Positions 1 through 12,694 of a DNA stretch of 64,000 nucleotides are shown piece after piece (position 1 is the first letter of the stretch; the number at the start of each line of letters is the position of its first letter). This DNA is from Squalus acanthias. Its lineage: Eukaryota. Position numbers and translations under genes: made by a program. The notes below the pieces were generated by a model. It saw nothing but the letters and a program-made list of their open reading frames with translations, was not told the origin of the DNA and searched no databases. The DNA is taken from assembly GCA_030390025.1 (NCBI GenBank), contig JASTWF010000418.1, forward strand, positions 124,001 to 188,000, written 5' to 3'.

Positions 1-299
1 AGGCATTAGTGGGCGGTGAGAGATCAGGCCCACCTTGGAGCCCCCCAGTTAATCGCCCCCCAGTTAATCGCCCCCCAGACTGGGGGGACAGCGAGATCAG
101 CCCCTCACTCAGAGCCCCCCAGTTAATCACCCCCCAGACTGGGGGGAACAGTGAGATCAGCCCCTCACTCGGTGCCCCCCAGTTAATCGCCCCCCAGACT
201 GGGGTGAACAGCGAGATCAGCCCCTCACTCAGAGACCCCCAGTTTACCGGCCCCCCAGTTAATCGCCCCCCAGACTGGGGGGGAAGAGCGAGAGGAGCC

Positions 300-1988
300 T
301 GTAGGATATAGTGTACCTGTAGGATTTAGTAAACATTGTTAAGATTTTGTAACCATTATTAAGTAAGTATAATATGTGAAATTGTATGTTAAAAACCTAA
401 AACGCCTGTATAAAATGGCTGGGAAGCAAAGCATGATGGTAAAATTAAGCCAACATTATGTTAACTGGGAGAATAGTGCTGAGTTGGTGTAGATTTTCTG
501 TTATATTAAAAACAAGAAGCCAGTGAAGGACAAAGCATTAATTAAGTCTCAAAGTAAGACAAAGGGGTAGAAATTAGGTCACGCCCCATTTGGGGTGCAA
601 ATATCGTCTGGACGCAAATATTAGCGCCTGGCGCTAATTATCGGCACTGACTGGAAACTTCACTTTTACCGCCCCGGGAGGTGAGTGGAGCGCTAAATCA
701 GGCGCTGCACACCTGTCTTAAGGCGCAAAGGCCAAGGAGTGAGGCGCTACCTCAGAGCGCTGGCGAAGCTCATGTAATGTCAGTCAGCAATGGAACACAC
801 ACACAATGGCACGGGCCAGTTCTTAAAGGGGATGGTTAATCTTGCTTTCCATCCACATCCTGTTCATTGCAGCCTTTAATCTCGGCCTGGAGAGACTGGC
901 ACATCAAATGTGCTGGAAAGAACAATGGAGAGTACCAGGCAAAGAGCTCAGAGTGCAGCTCCCACAATCTCTGCTAAATCGATACAAGGAATGGCAAATC
1001 AAAATGAACCTGCAAAGTGCTGCTCAGTACCCAAAACTCCTTCACACAACGTTGAATCTCTCCAGAAGTCTCTCCCTCTCTCTCTCAGAATGCGTAGTTC
1101 AAAAATGCCACCAACAATAAAAGACAGGAAGAGGCCCCCTTTAAATAGCGCCCCCCCCAGCCCCACAGCGATTGATAGCGTTCCAGTCTTCTGGTCGTTG
1201 GATGCGCCAGGCGGTAAGGCAGGGGGCGCCACTCAATTTCCGCTCCGGGGCGCCACAAGGGCGTTGCACCATGGAATGACGTCACAATCTGCGCGCGCAG
1301 GTGGTCGCAGCGGTAAAGTTTAGCGCCGCCGCACAATCTCTAGTTAAGTTCCCGAGCGGCGCAAACATCGCTGCGCCCGGGCGTTAGCGGCTTTGCGCCC
1401 CATTAGCGCCCTCTTAAGGCGCTAACGGGAGGCGCAACCAACTGAATTTTTACCCCAAAGGGTTTTCAATACCGAACATCCCTCATCGCTGAAGTTTCAG
1501 ACCAGTCTAGATAATGGGCTGTGGGAAAGGCAAAAGACCTCCGTCTTAATTCATGGGAAGTCCGGCTATGTGCAAGATCTCAAACTCAAAGTTCACAGCA
1601 GAATAGGGGAGGGAATCATAGACCGTACTTGTGAAGGTCAGCATGGTGAGATAGCCCAAGCAGCTGCCAGTTGCTATGTATTTTGAAAGGGAAAAAAAAG
1701 GTATAAAGGAACAGCTATTGAACACTGAAAGCAGTGCGAAACCAGAGGTCGAGAAGCTTCAGTCAACAGAACACAGCAAGAGAATAAAGAGACCGCGCCG
1801 CAGTCACTCGGAAGGAACGCCAGGGTTCAATGAACAGACGGCGACTATCTTCTTGTTAAGTATTACTTCTTTATACTGGATGTTTAATGTTTAATAAACC
1901 TGTTTTACTGATACACAATATACCTGGACCCAGAGTGGTTTGTGTCATAGAAACACGGACAAATTAATTCAGAGCTTTAAAAGCTACA
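300..1988 (+). mobile_element. Candidate solo LTR (about 0.8 kb) interrupted by a MITE; second copy at about 40145-41833
   Basis: Termini TGTAG...CTACA, AATAAA near the 3' end, and it interrupts the 60-bp minisatellite. TSD is not clean. Confidence 0.5.
564..1456. mobile_element. Non-autonomous DNA transposon (MITE, PIF/Harbinger-like); copy at 40409-41301
   Basis: TIR GGGGTAGAAATT / AATTTTTACCCC with a 3-bp AAA direct repeat on each side. No transposase. Confidence 0.75.
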
Positions 1989-1994
1989 AGACCC

Positions 1995-2460
1995 ACCTCA
2001 GAGCCCCCCAGTTAATCACCCCCCAGACTGGGGGGAAGAGCGAGATCAGCCCCTCACTCAGAGCCCCCCAGTTAATCGCCCCCCAAACTGGGGGAAACAG
2101 CGAGATCAGCCCCTCAGTCAGAGCCTCCCAGTTAATCACCCCCCAGACTGGGGGGAACAGTGAGATCAACCCCTCACTCAGAGCCCCCCAGTTAATCGCC
2201 GCCCAGACTGGGGGGAAGAGCGAGATCAGCCCCTCACTCGGAGCCCCCCAGTTAATCGCCCCCCAAACTGGGGGAAACAGCGAGATCAGCCCCTCACTCA
2301 GAGCCTCCCAGTTAATCACCCCCCAGACTGGGGGGAAGAGTGAGATCAACCCCTCACTCAGAGCCCCCCAGTTAATCAGACCCCAGACTGGGGGGAAGAG
2401 CGAGATCAGCCCCTCACTCGGAGCCCCGCAGTTTACCGGCCCCCCAGATTGGGGGGAACA
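1995..2460. repeat. 60-bp minisatellite with CCCCCCAG-a-CTGGGGGG hairpin (also 20-290, about 39865-40135 and about 41840-42305)
   Basis: Direct reading. Confidence 0.9.
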
Positions 2461-2798
2461 GCGTTGGGGGGGTTTCTGACGTCTGGGTTGTGATTCCGCG
2501 GGGGCTCATTAACGACAATCGCGGGAACCCGCTGGATTGAAATGGGGGGGGTGGGGGGGGGCCGGGGAGGAGCGCCCCTCGCGATCTGTTCCCCGGGTCA
2601 CAAACCTCCCCTCCCCTCCCCCGGTGACTGGGAGCCAAGCCCAGGGGTTAACCCACTAAACCTTCAACCCCCAACTCTCTAATCCCAGCACAAATCTCCA
2701 CCTCAATCCCCCAGCCCAATTCAACCTCCCTAACCCCCGAACCCTCGCTGCCCCCCCGCCCCCCCCCCCCAACAACCCCCAGCAGTCCAGACACTCAC

Positions 2799-3116
2799 CT
2801 CTGGTCCTGATCTCCTTGACGATCGGTTGGGTCAGCGTCTGGTGTGAGACGACACACTGGTACTTGTCCACATCCACCCAGTCTCGACCCCTGACCTCCA
2901 GCTGACTGACGGTGGTGTACCGAGCCGCGGGGTCTCGGGACAGAGGCTGCTCGGTGATTCCCGACCTCACTCGTCTTCCGTCCGAGAACCAGGAGATCCG
3001 CACACTGGGGGGGTAGAATCCGCTGACTAGGCAGAGCAGGGGGGTGAAACCGTTCTCCGATATCTCCCCCGGGGGCGGGTAATGAAGCTGGACCGAGGGA
3101 GGAGAGGACGATGGCA
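2799..3116 (-). CDS. Copy A exon 3: C1-set domain C1 (gene continues beyond the window start)
   Basis: 318 nt. One amino-acid difference from copy B (PAARY vs PADRY). Confidence 0.93.
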
Positions 3117-3649
3117 CTGGAACAAGAATCAAGGGGTCAGTCACTGGCCCGAGTGTCTCTGGCCCAGAATCGAGGGGTCAGTCACTGACCTCAGTGTGTC
3201 TGGCCCAGAATCGAGGGGTCAATCACTGACCTCAGTGTGTCTGGTACAGAATCGAGGGGTCATTCTCTGACCTCTGATCTCACAATCACATATATCACAA
3301 GAACAGTGTGCGTGACTAGAGGTCTATAAAGATCGTGAGCTTTTCTTTTAGCAGAGAGGGACAAGGACGAAAGGTTCGACGATGGTTAGGTCTCTACCCA
3401 CAGGATAAACGGGGTTAATTGTGTTTACTTCTCTGCTTGGTTGAGCACATTAAAAGGTTTAAGTTGAAACCATATTTGGCATCAGATTCGAATTCTCTGA
3501 CACAGGGCAATGGGACTAAGGAGGGAGCTCGGTCAGAGAGAGGGCACGGGGGCGATGGGCTAAATTTCCTCGTCTGCTGTAAAATTCTCTCACTTTATGA
3601 TCCTTGAGTCACAGATATAAACAACAAACTCTAGGATACTTGGAATTCC

Positions 3650-4430
3650 CACTACAGGTTCTTCCCCTGTGGGACTCCTCACTCCCAAAACTGTTCGAAT
3701 CTTCACCCTGAAACTGTGGGGACTCCTTGACCTCAAAACTGTAGGATTCTTCACCCCCCAAACTGTGGGACTCCTCTTCCCCAAACTGTGGGACTCTTCA
3801 TCCCCCAAACTGTGGGACTCCTCTACCATAAGACTGTAGGATTCTTCACCTCCAAATTGTGGGACTCCTCATCTCCGAAACTCTGGTACTCCTCACCTCC
3901 CAAACTCTGAGACTCCTCACCTTCAAACCAATGGAATCCTCATCTCCAATTATTGGGACTCCTCACTCCCAAAATTATTGGTTCTCTCACCTCAAAAGTG
4001 TCGGTCTCCATGACCACCAAACTGTTCAACTCTTCACCCCCAAACTGTGAGTCTCCTCACCCCCAAAACTCTGGGACTCCTTACCCCCAAACTGTGGGAC
4101 ACCTTCCTTCCAAACTCTGGGACTCCTTACCCACAAACTGTGGGACTCCTCACCCCCAAACTGTGGGACTCCTCACCCCCCAAACTCTGGGATGCGGCAC
4201 CCCCAAAACCCTGGGACTCCTCACCACCAAATTGTGGGACTCCTCACTTCCAAACTTTGGGACTCCTCAACCCCGCAAACTGTGGGGACTCCTCACCACC
4301 AAACTGTAGGACTCCTCAACACCAAACTGTGGGACTGCTCACTTCCAACCTCTGGGAGTCCTCGCCCCCAAACTGTGCTACCTTTCACCCCCAAACTGTT
4401 GGACTCCTCACCCCCAAATTCTGTGACCCC
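3650..4430. repeat. Degenerate 24-bp minisatellite (caaactgtgggactcctcaccccc) in the V-C1 intron (copy at about 43496-44276)
   Basis: Direct reading. Confidence 0.85.
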
Positions 4431-4614
4431 TCATCTCTCTAAATTGTCCCTTTGTCCTAAAATCAGCTGGTCTTGGCGTAACTCCAAACCACCGTTCCCT
4501 GAACTGCCTCATCTGATGTCCTCCACCCTCCAAGCTTGGCTGTGGGCCATCGACTGCCCGTTCCCATTCCACCCCTCCCTTGCCCCCAAACGGGTTTCGG
4601 ACGAGCTCCCCTAC

Positions 4615-4995
4615 CGGCCTCGACCTTCAGTGTAGATCCACAGCCGCACCAATCTGTCGTGTTCTTGTCTCCCAGGTGGTCTGTCATTTGGCAGAAGTAC
4701 TTGGTGGAATCTTGCTGCGTGGCATTAGCGATCCGCAGAGACATCTGCTTTCGGCCAAAGTTCTTCTCGGCCACGTAATGGTGAGCTTTCCCAGCCACGA
4801 AGATGGGGACCTGTGACTTGGGGCTCCAGTACACCAGCTGCTTCATGGCCCCAGTGCCAGGGGGGACGTAACCCCAGATCAAGTACCGGTCGTCTGTCTT
4901 GCGGGAGAATCGGCACTCCATCGTGACCGACTCGCCCTCCCGGACGCTCATTAATGTGGACGAGAATCGGAAGTTCCCACCGCAGGAGGTGAGCC
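4615..4995 (-). CDS. Copy A exon 2: joined VJ-type V domain
   Basis: 381 nt with the same splice sites as copy B. Four amino-acid differences from copy B. Confidence 0.93.
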
Positions 4996-5116
4996 CTGAA
5001 AATAGAGAGAGAGACACAACTCGTGAATCCTCCCACCAAAGATAACTCAGGAAATGTAGGACGGTCGCAGCTAAGGCTGCACTTTGACATTGGTCAAGGT
5101 AAAGCTTGGTACAGAA

Positions 5117-8100
5117 CCTTGGTTAGACCACACTTGGAGCAATGTGCCCAGTCCCGGTCTCCATATACCTTGGATAGACCACACTTGGAGCACTGTGCAC
5201 AGTCCCGGTCTCCACATACCTTGGATAGACCACACTTGGAGCACTGTGCACAGTCCCGGTCTCCACATACCTTGGTTAGACCACACTTGGAGCAATGTGC
5301 CCAGTCCCGGTCTCCATATACCTTGGATAGACCACACTTGGAGCAATGTGCCCAGTCCCGGTCTCCACATACCTTGGATAGACCACACTTGGAGCAATGT
5401 GCCCAGTCCCGGTCTCCACATACCTTGGATAGACCACACTTGGAGCACTGTGCACAGTCCCGGTCTCCATATACCTTGGATAGATCACACTTGGAGCAAT
5501 GTGCACAGTCCCGGTCTCCATATACCTTGGATAGACCACACTTGGAGCACTGTGCACAGTCCCGGTCTCCACATACCTTGGATAGACCACACTTGGAGCA
5601 CTGTGCACAGTCCCGGTCTCCACATACCTTGGATAGACCACACTTGGAGCACTGCACACAGTCCCGGTCTCCACATACCTTGGATAGACCACACTTGGAG
5701 CACTGTGCACAGTCCCGGTCTCCACATACCTTGGATAGACCACACTTGGAGCACTGTTCACAGTTATGGTTTCCATATACCTTGGTTAGACCACACTTGG
5801 AGCAATGTGCCCAGTCCCGGTCTCCATATACCTTGGATAGATCACACTTGGAGCACTGTGCACAGTCCCGGTCTCCACATACCTTGGATAGACCACACTT
5901 GGAGCACTGTTCACAGTTATGGTTTCCATATACCTTGGTTAGACCACACTTGGAGCAATGTGCCCAGTCCCGGTCTCCACATACCTTGGATAGACCACAC
6001 TTGGAGCAATGTGCACAGTCCTGGTCTCCATATACCTTGGTTAGACCACACTTGGGGCAATGTGCATAGTCCCGGTCTCCATATACCTTGGTTAGACCAC
6101 ACTTGGAGCACTGTGCACAGTTCTGGTCTCCACATCCCTTACTTAGACCACACTTGGAGCACTGTGCACAGTTCTGGTCTCCACATCCCTTAGTTAGACC
6201 ACACTTGGAGCACTGTGCACAGTTCTGGTCTCCACATCCCTTACTTAGACCACACTTGGAGCACTGTGCACAGTTCTGGTCTCCACATCCCTTAGTTAGA
6301 CCACGCTTGGGGCACTGTGCACAATTCTGGTCTCCACATACCTTGGTTAGACCACGCTTGGAACTCCGTGCACAGTTCTGGTCTCCACATCCCTTAGTTA
6401 GACCACGCTTGGAGCACTGTGCACAGTTATGCTCTCCATATACCTTGGTTAGACCACACTTGGAGCACTGTGCACAGTTCTGCTCTCCATATACCTTGGT
6501 TAGACCACACTTGGAGCAATGTGCACAGTTCTGCTCTCCATATACCTTGGTTCGACCACACTTGGAGCGCTGTGCACAGTTCTGGTCTCCATATGCCTTG
6601 GTTAGACCACACTTGGAGCACTGTGCACAGTTAAGGTCTCCATTTAAAAAAATATATATTTTATTCGTTTATGGGATCTGGGCGTCGCTGGCAAGGCCAG
6701 CATTTATTGTCCATCCCTAGTTGCCCTTGAGAAGGTGGTGGTGACTCAATTTCTTGAACCGTTGCAGTCCGTGTGGTGATGGTACTCCCACAGTGCTGTC
6801 AGGGAGGGAGTTCCAGGATTTTGACACAGCGACGATGAAGGATCGGCCGATATACTTCTAAGTCAGGATGGTGTGTGACTTGGAGGGGAACTTGGAGGTG
6901 GTGGTGTTCCCATGTGCCTGCTGCCCTTATCCTTCTCGGTGGAAGAGGTCGCGGGTTTGGGAGGTGCTGCTGAAGAAGTCTTGGCGAGTTGCTGCAGTGC
7001 ATCTTGTAGATGATACACACTGCAGCCACGGTACGCCGGTGGCGGAGGGAGTGAATGTTTAAGGTGGTGGATGGGGTGCCAATCAAGCGGGCTGCTTTGT
7101 CCTGGATGGTGTCGAGCTTCTTGAGTGTTATTGGAGCTGCACTCATCCAGGCAAGTGGAGAGTATTCCATCACACTCCTGACTTGTGCCTTGTAGATGGT
7201 GGAAAGGCTTTGGGGAGTCAGGAGGTGAGACACTCGCCACAGAATACCCAGCCTCTGACCTGCTCTTGGTGCCACAGTATTTATGTGGCTGGTCCAGTTA
7301 AGTTTCTGGTTAATGTTGACCCCCAGGATGTTGATGGTGGGGGATTCGGCGACGGTAATGCCATTGAATGTCAAGGGGAGGTGGTTAGATTCTCGCTTGT
7401 TGGAGATAGTCATTGCCTGGCACTTCTGTGGCGCAAATGTTACCTGCCACTTATCAGCCCAAGCCTGAACGTCGTCCAGGTCTTGTTGCATGCGGGCATG
7501 GACTGCTTCATTATCTGTGGAGTTGTGAATGGCGCTGAACACTGTGCAGTCATCAGCGAACATCCCCATTTCTGACCTTATGTTGGAGGGAAGGTCATTG
7601 ATGAAGCAGCTGAAGATGGTTGGGCCGAGAACACTCCCCTGAGGAACTCCTGCAGTGATGTTCTGGGGCTGTGATGATTGACCTTCAACCACCACAACCA
7701 TCTTCCTTTGTGCTAGGTATGACTCCAGCCAGTGGGGTAGACCACACTTGGAGCTAGTTCTGGTCTCCACATCCCTTGGTTAGACCACACTTGGAGCAAT
7801 GTGCACAGTTCTGCTCTCCATATAACTTGGTTAGACCACACTTGGAGCACTGTGCACAGTTCTGTTCTCCATATACCTTGGTTAGACCACACTTGGAACA
7901 ATGTGCACAGTTCTGCTCTCTATATAACTTGGTTAGACCACACTTGGAACAATGTGCACAGTTCTGCTCTCCATATAACTTGTTTAGACCAGACTTGGAG
8001 CACTGTGCACAGTTCTGTTCTCCATATACCTTGGTTAGACCACACTTGGAGCACTGTGAACAGTTCTGTTCTCCATATACCTTGGTTAGACCACACTTGG

Positions 8101-8130
8101 AGCAATGTGCACAGTTCTGGCCTCCATATT
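5117..8130 (+). repeat. 51-bp satellite derived from CR1 ORF2 (copy at about 44964-48030)
   Basis: Unit ccttggttagaccacacttggagcactgtgcacagttctggtctccatata encodes LVRPHLEHCAQFWSPYT. It runs directly into CR1 sequence at 8130. Confidence 0.92.
6650..7735 (-). mobile_element. CR1-group non-LTR retrotransposon 3' fragment (second family) inserted in the 51-bp satellite; copy at about 46497-47584
   Basis: [36 protein letters not shown]. The copy B version carries frameshifts. Confidence 0.88.
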
Positions 8131-8880
8131 ACAAAAAAATACAGAAAGGCATTGAAGAAGGTGCAATAAAAATTTACAAGGATGATGCCAGAACTGAGAG
8201 GTTATACTTATCAGGAAAGACTGAACAGGCTAGGGCTCTTTTCTCCAGAAAAAGAGAAGGCTGATAGAGGTCTTTCAAATTATGAAACGGTTTGATAGGG
8301 TAAACAGAGACAAAATGTTTCCACTTGCAGAGGAGACCAGAACTAGTTGACATAAATATATGATAGTCACTAAGGCGATTGACAAAAGAACTAGAGGCAA
8401 CCTGAGGAAAAGCTTCAATACGCAGCGAGTGATTAGGATCGGGAATGCACTGCTTAATGGGGCGATGGATACAGACTCAATAGTGGCCTTCAAAAGGGAA
8501 TTGGATAAATACTTGAAGGAGAAAACATTGCAGGGATCTGGGGAATGAGCGGGCAGAATGGGACTAACTGGGTTGCTCTTAGAAAGAGCTGATGCAGACT
8601 CGATGGGCTGAATGGCCTCCTTCTGTGCTGTACTATTCTACGATTCTAATAAATTGAAGAAGGAATTCAGGAGAAACTTCTTTACCCAGGGAGTGCTGAG
8701 AATGTGGAACTCGTCACCACAGGGAGTGGTTGAGGCGAATATCACAGAGGTCTTTAAGGGGAGGCTAGATAAAGACATGAGGGAGAAAGGAATAGCAGCT
8801 TATGCTGGTAGGGTGAGATGAAGAGGGGAGGGAGAAGGCAGCATGGAGCAGTTGGGCTGAATGGCCTTTTCCTGCTCGAT
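8130..8880 (+). mobile_element. Degenerate CR1 3' fragments in the leader-V intron (copy at about 48030-48780)
   Basis: RRNFFTQ..VxxWN-type peptides and a CR1 3' UTR. Confidence 0.75.
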
Positions 8881-8912
8881 AAACTCAATGTAATTCTCGA
8901 TGTAAACCTTAC

Positions 8913-8958
8913 CAGCCAGGAGGAAGATGTGGACAGAGAGTGAAATCACCGACTTCAT
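8913..8958 (-). CDS. Copy A exon 1: signal peptide
   Basis: Identical to 48813-48858, with donor GTAAGG. Confidence 0.85.
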
Positions 8959-9064
8959 GTTGGGAGGAGAGCTGACACGACACATCCTTCTCAACGGCTG
9001 GAGTCCGATCTTCTGGTCCTCGCACACACCCCCTTTCAGAGCGAGTCAGCCTCTGTCCTTCCTC

Positions 9065-9214
9065 TCCATTCATTGGTCACCAGTCCCGGACACAGTTTCC
9101 TGTGTGTGATTGACAGGCTGAGGGACTTCCCTCATTAGCCAGAGGTGGTGAGGCTGGAGACTGAGGCTGGGCACAGCGGAGGGCACTGGGCAACGAGAGC
9201 GGACCCTGCCCTCC
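9065..9214 (-). promoter_or_regulatory. Putative proximal promoter of copy A
   Basis: Same motifs as copy B, with GGGACTTCCC at 9122-9131. This 150-bp block is repeated at 11194-11343. Confidence 0.5.
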
Positions 9215-12200
9215 CCTCAGACCCTCTGACCCTCAGTCCCTCTGACCCTCAGTCCCACTGACCCTCAGTCCCTCTGACCCTCAGTCCCTCTGGCCCTCAG
9301 TCCCACCGACCCTCAGTCCCTCTGACCCTCAGTCCCACTGACCCTCAGTCCCACTGACCCTCAGTCCCACTGACCCTCAGTCCCTCTGACCCTCAGTCCC
9401 ACTGACCCTCAGTACCACTGACCCTCAGTCCCTCTGACCCTCAGTCCCTCCGAACCTCAGTCCCTCTGACCCTCAGTCCCTCTGACCCTCAGTCCCTCTG
9501 ACCCACAGTCACTCTGACCCTCATTCCCTCTGACACTCAGTCCCTCTGACCCTCAGTCCCTCTGACCCTCAGTCCCTCTGACCCTCAGTCCCTCTGACCC
9601 TCATTCCCTGTGTCACCCAGTCCCTCTGACCCTCATTCTCTCAGACCCTCAGTCTCTCTGACCCACAGTCCCACTGACCCTCAGTCCCTCTGACCCTCAG
9701 TCCCTCTGTCCCTCAGTCCCACTGACCCTCAGTCCCTCTGACCCTCAGTCCCTCTGACCCACATTCTCTCTGACCCTCAGAACCTCTGACCCTCAGTCCC
9801 TCTGACCCTCAGTCCCTCTGACCCTCAGTCCCACTGACCCTCACTCCCTCTGACCCTCAGTCCCACTGACCCTCAGTCCCACTGACCCTCAGACCCTCTG
9901 ACCCTCAGTCCCACTGACACTCAGTCCCACTGACCCTCAGTCCCTCTGACCCTCAGTCCCACTGACCCTCAGTCCCTCTGACCCTCAGTCCCACTGACCC
10001 TCACTCCCTCTGACCCTCAGTGCTTCTGACCCTCAGTCCCTCTGACCCTCAGTCCCTCTGAGAATCCGTCCCTCTGACCCTCAGTCTCACTGACCCTCAG
10101 TCCCTCTGACCCTCAGTCCCTCTGACCCTCATTCTCTCTGACCCTCAGAACCTCTGACCCTCAGTCCCTCTGACCCTCAGTCCCTCTGACCCACATTCTC
10201 TCTGACCCTCAGAACCTCTGACCCTCAGTCCCTCTGACCCTCAGTCCCTCTGACCCTCAGTCCCTCTGACCCTCATTCTCTCTGACCCTCAGACCCTCTG
10301 ACCCTCAGTCCCTCTGACCCTCAGTCCCTCTGACCATCAGTCCCACTGACCCTCAGTCCCTCTGACCCTCAGTCCCTCTGACCCTCAGACGCTCTGATCC
10401 TCAGTCCCTCTGACCCTCAGTCCCTCTGACCCTCAGTCCCACTGACCCTCAGACCCTCTGACACTCAGTCCCTCTGACCCTCAGTCCCTCTGACCATCAG
10501 GCCCTCTGACCCTCAGTCCCTCTGACCCTCAGTCCCTCTGACCCTCAGTCCCACTGACCCTCCCTCCCTCTGACCCTCAGTCCCTCTGACCCTCAGTCCC
10601 TCTGACCCTCAGTCCCTTGACCCTCACTCCATTGACCCTCAGTCCCTCTGACCCTCAGTCCCTCTGACCCTCAGTCCCTCTGACCCTCAGTCCCTTGACC
10701 CTCACTCCATTGACCCTCAGACCCTCAGACCCTCTGACCCTCAGTCCCTTGACCCTCACTCCATTGACCCTCAGACCCTCTGACCCTCAGACCCTCTGAC
10801 CCTCAGACCCTCTGACCCTCAGTCCCTCTGACCCTCAGTCCCACTGACCATCAGCCCCTCTGACCCTCAGTCCCTCTGACCCTCAGTCCCTCTGACCCTC
10901 AGTCCCACTTACCATCAGTGCCCACAGTCAGTCACTGACCAGCTCCCTGAGAGCGGCCGCAAGGGTAATCAAGACGATGGAGAGGCTCCTCCGATCACTG
11001 TCAGTCCGTCTCACTCTCGCTCTGTTTACATCAGCTGTCCCGTGAGAGGGAAGATTCCGGAAATCACCAGAAGTTTCACTGTTGCTCAAAGAGGGAAGTG
11101 ATTCACAAATAACGGAGACCAAAATAAATCGAAAGGGCACGAGATTTTTTATTGGCTGAGTGAGATAATGCTGTCCAAACCGAAGCATTCCTGTCCATTC
11201 ATTGGTCACCAGTCCCGGACACAGTTTCCTGTGTGTGATTGACAGGCTGAGGGACTTCCCTCATTAGCCAGAGGTGGTGAGGCTGGAGACTGAGGCTGGG
11301 CACAGCGGAGGGCACTGGGCAACGAGAGCGGACCCTGCCCTCCGCTCAGTCCCACTGACCCTCAGTCCCACTGACACTCAGTCCCTCTGACCCTCAGTCC
11401 CTCTGACCCTCAGTCCCTCTGACCCTCAGCCCCTCTGACCCTCAGTCCCTCTGACCCTCAGTCCCTCTAACCCTCACTCCCTCTGACCCTCAGTCCCACT
11501 GACCCTCAGTCCCTCTGACCCTCAGTCCCACTGACCCTCAGTCCCTCTGACCCTCAGTCCCACTGACCCTCAGTCCCTCTGACCCTCAGTCCCTCTGACC
11601 CTCAGTCCCTCTGACCCTCAGTCCCACTGACCCTCAGTCCCTCTGACCTCACTCCCACTGACCCTCAGACCCTCTGACCCTCAGTCCCTCTGACCCTCAG
11701 TCCCACTGACCCTCAGTCCCTCTGAGCCTCAGTCCCTCTGACCCTCAGTCCCTCTGACCCTCAGTCCCACTGACCCTCAGTCCCTCTGACCCTCAGTCCC
11801 TCTGACCCTCAGTCCCTCTGACCCTCAGACCCTCTGACCCTCAGTCCCACTGACCCGCAGTCCCTCTGACCCTAAGTCCCTCCGACCCTCCCTCCCACTG
11901 ACCCTCCCTCCCACTGACTCTCAGTCCCTCTGACCCTCAGTCCCTCTGACCCTCCCTCCCACTGACCCTCAGTCCCTCTGACCCTCAGTCCCTCTGACTC
12001 TCAGTCCCTCTGACCCTCAGTCCCTCTGACCCTCCCTCCCACTGACCCTCAGTCCCTCTGACCATCAGTCCCTCTGACCATCAGTCCCTCTGTCCCTCTG
12101 ACCCCCATTCCCTCTGACCCTCAGTCCCTCTGACCCTCAGTCCCTCTGACCCTCAGTCCCTCTGAACCTCAGTCCCTCTGACCTTCAGTCTCTCTGACCC

Positions 12201-12690
12201 TCAGTCTCACTGACCCTCAGTCCCTCTGACCCTCAATCCCTCTGACCCTCAGTCCCTCTGAACCTCAGTCCCTCTGACCTTCAGACCCTCTGACCCTCAG
12301 TCCCTCTGACCCTCAGTCCCTCTGACCCTCAGTCCCTCTGACCCTCCGTCCCACTGACACTCAGTCCCTCTGACCCTCAGTCCCTCTGACCCTCAGTCCC
12401 TCTGACCCTCAGTCCCACTGAACCTCAGTCCCTCTGACCCTCAGTCCCTCTGACCCTCAGTCCCACTGAACCTCAGTCCCTCTGACCCTCAGTCCCACTG
12501 ACCCTCAGTCCCACTGACCCTCCCTCCCTCTGACCCTCAGTCCCTCTGACACACAGTCCCTCTGACCCTCAGTCCCTCAGTCCCTCTGACCCTCAGTCTC
12601 ACTGACCCTCACTCCCTCTGACCCTCACTCCCTCTGACACTCACTCCCTCTGACCCTCAGTCCCTCTGACCCTCAGTCTCTCTGACCCTC
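9215..12690. repeat. 16-bp minisatellite (TGACCCTCAGTCCCTC)n upstream of copy A, split by the unique island
   Basis: Direct reading. Confidence 0.95.
10925..11343 (-). promoter_or_regulatory. Copy A-specific unique island with a duplicated promoter block inside the 16-bp array
   Basis: 11194-11343 duplicates 9065-9214. Adjacent 10925-11193 has TGTTTAC, CAGCTG, GGAAGT, CCGGAAAT, AGTTTCACT and CCAAT motifs. Confidence 0.45.
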
Positions 12691-12694
12691 TCAG

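Noticed and set aside
842-1336. Short ORFs shared by 842-1336, 25436-25911 and 40687-41181
   Set aside because: They are internal to the MITE copies, have no transposase motifs, and the similarity reflects the repeat family.
5023-6720. Long Cys/His-rich repetitive ORFs (also 12657-13952, 18732-19758, 21516-22937, 33717-34692, 44870-46567)
   Set aside because: These are stop-free translations of minisatellites with unit lengths divisible by 3, open in several frames and on both strands.
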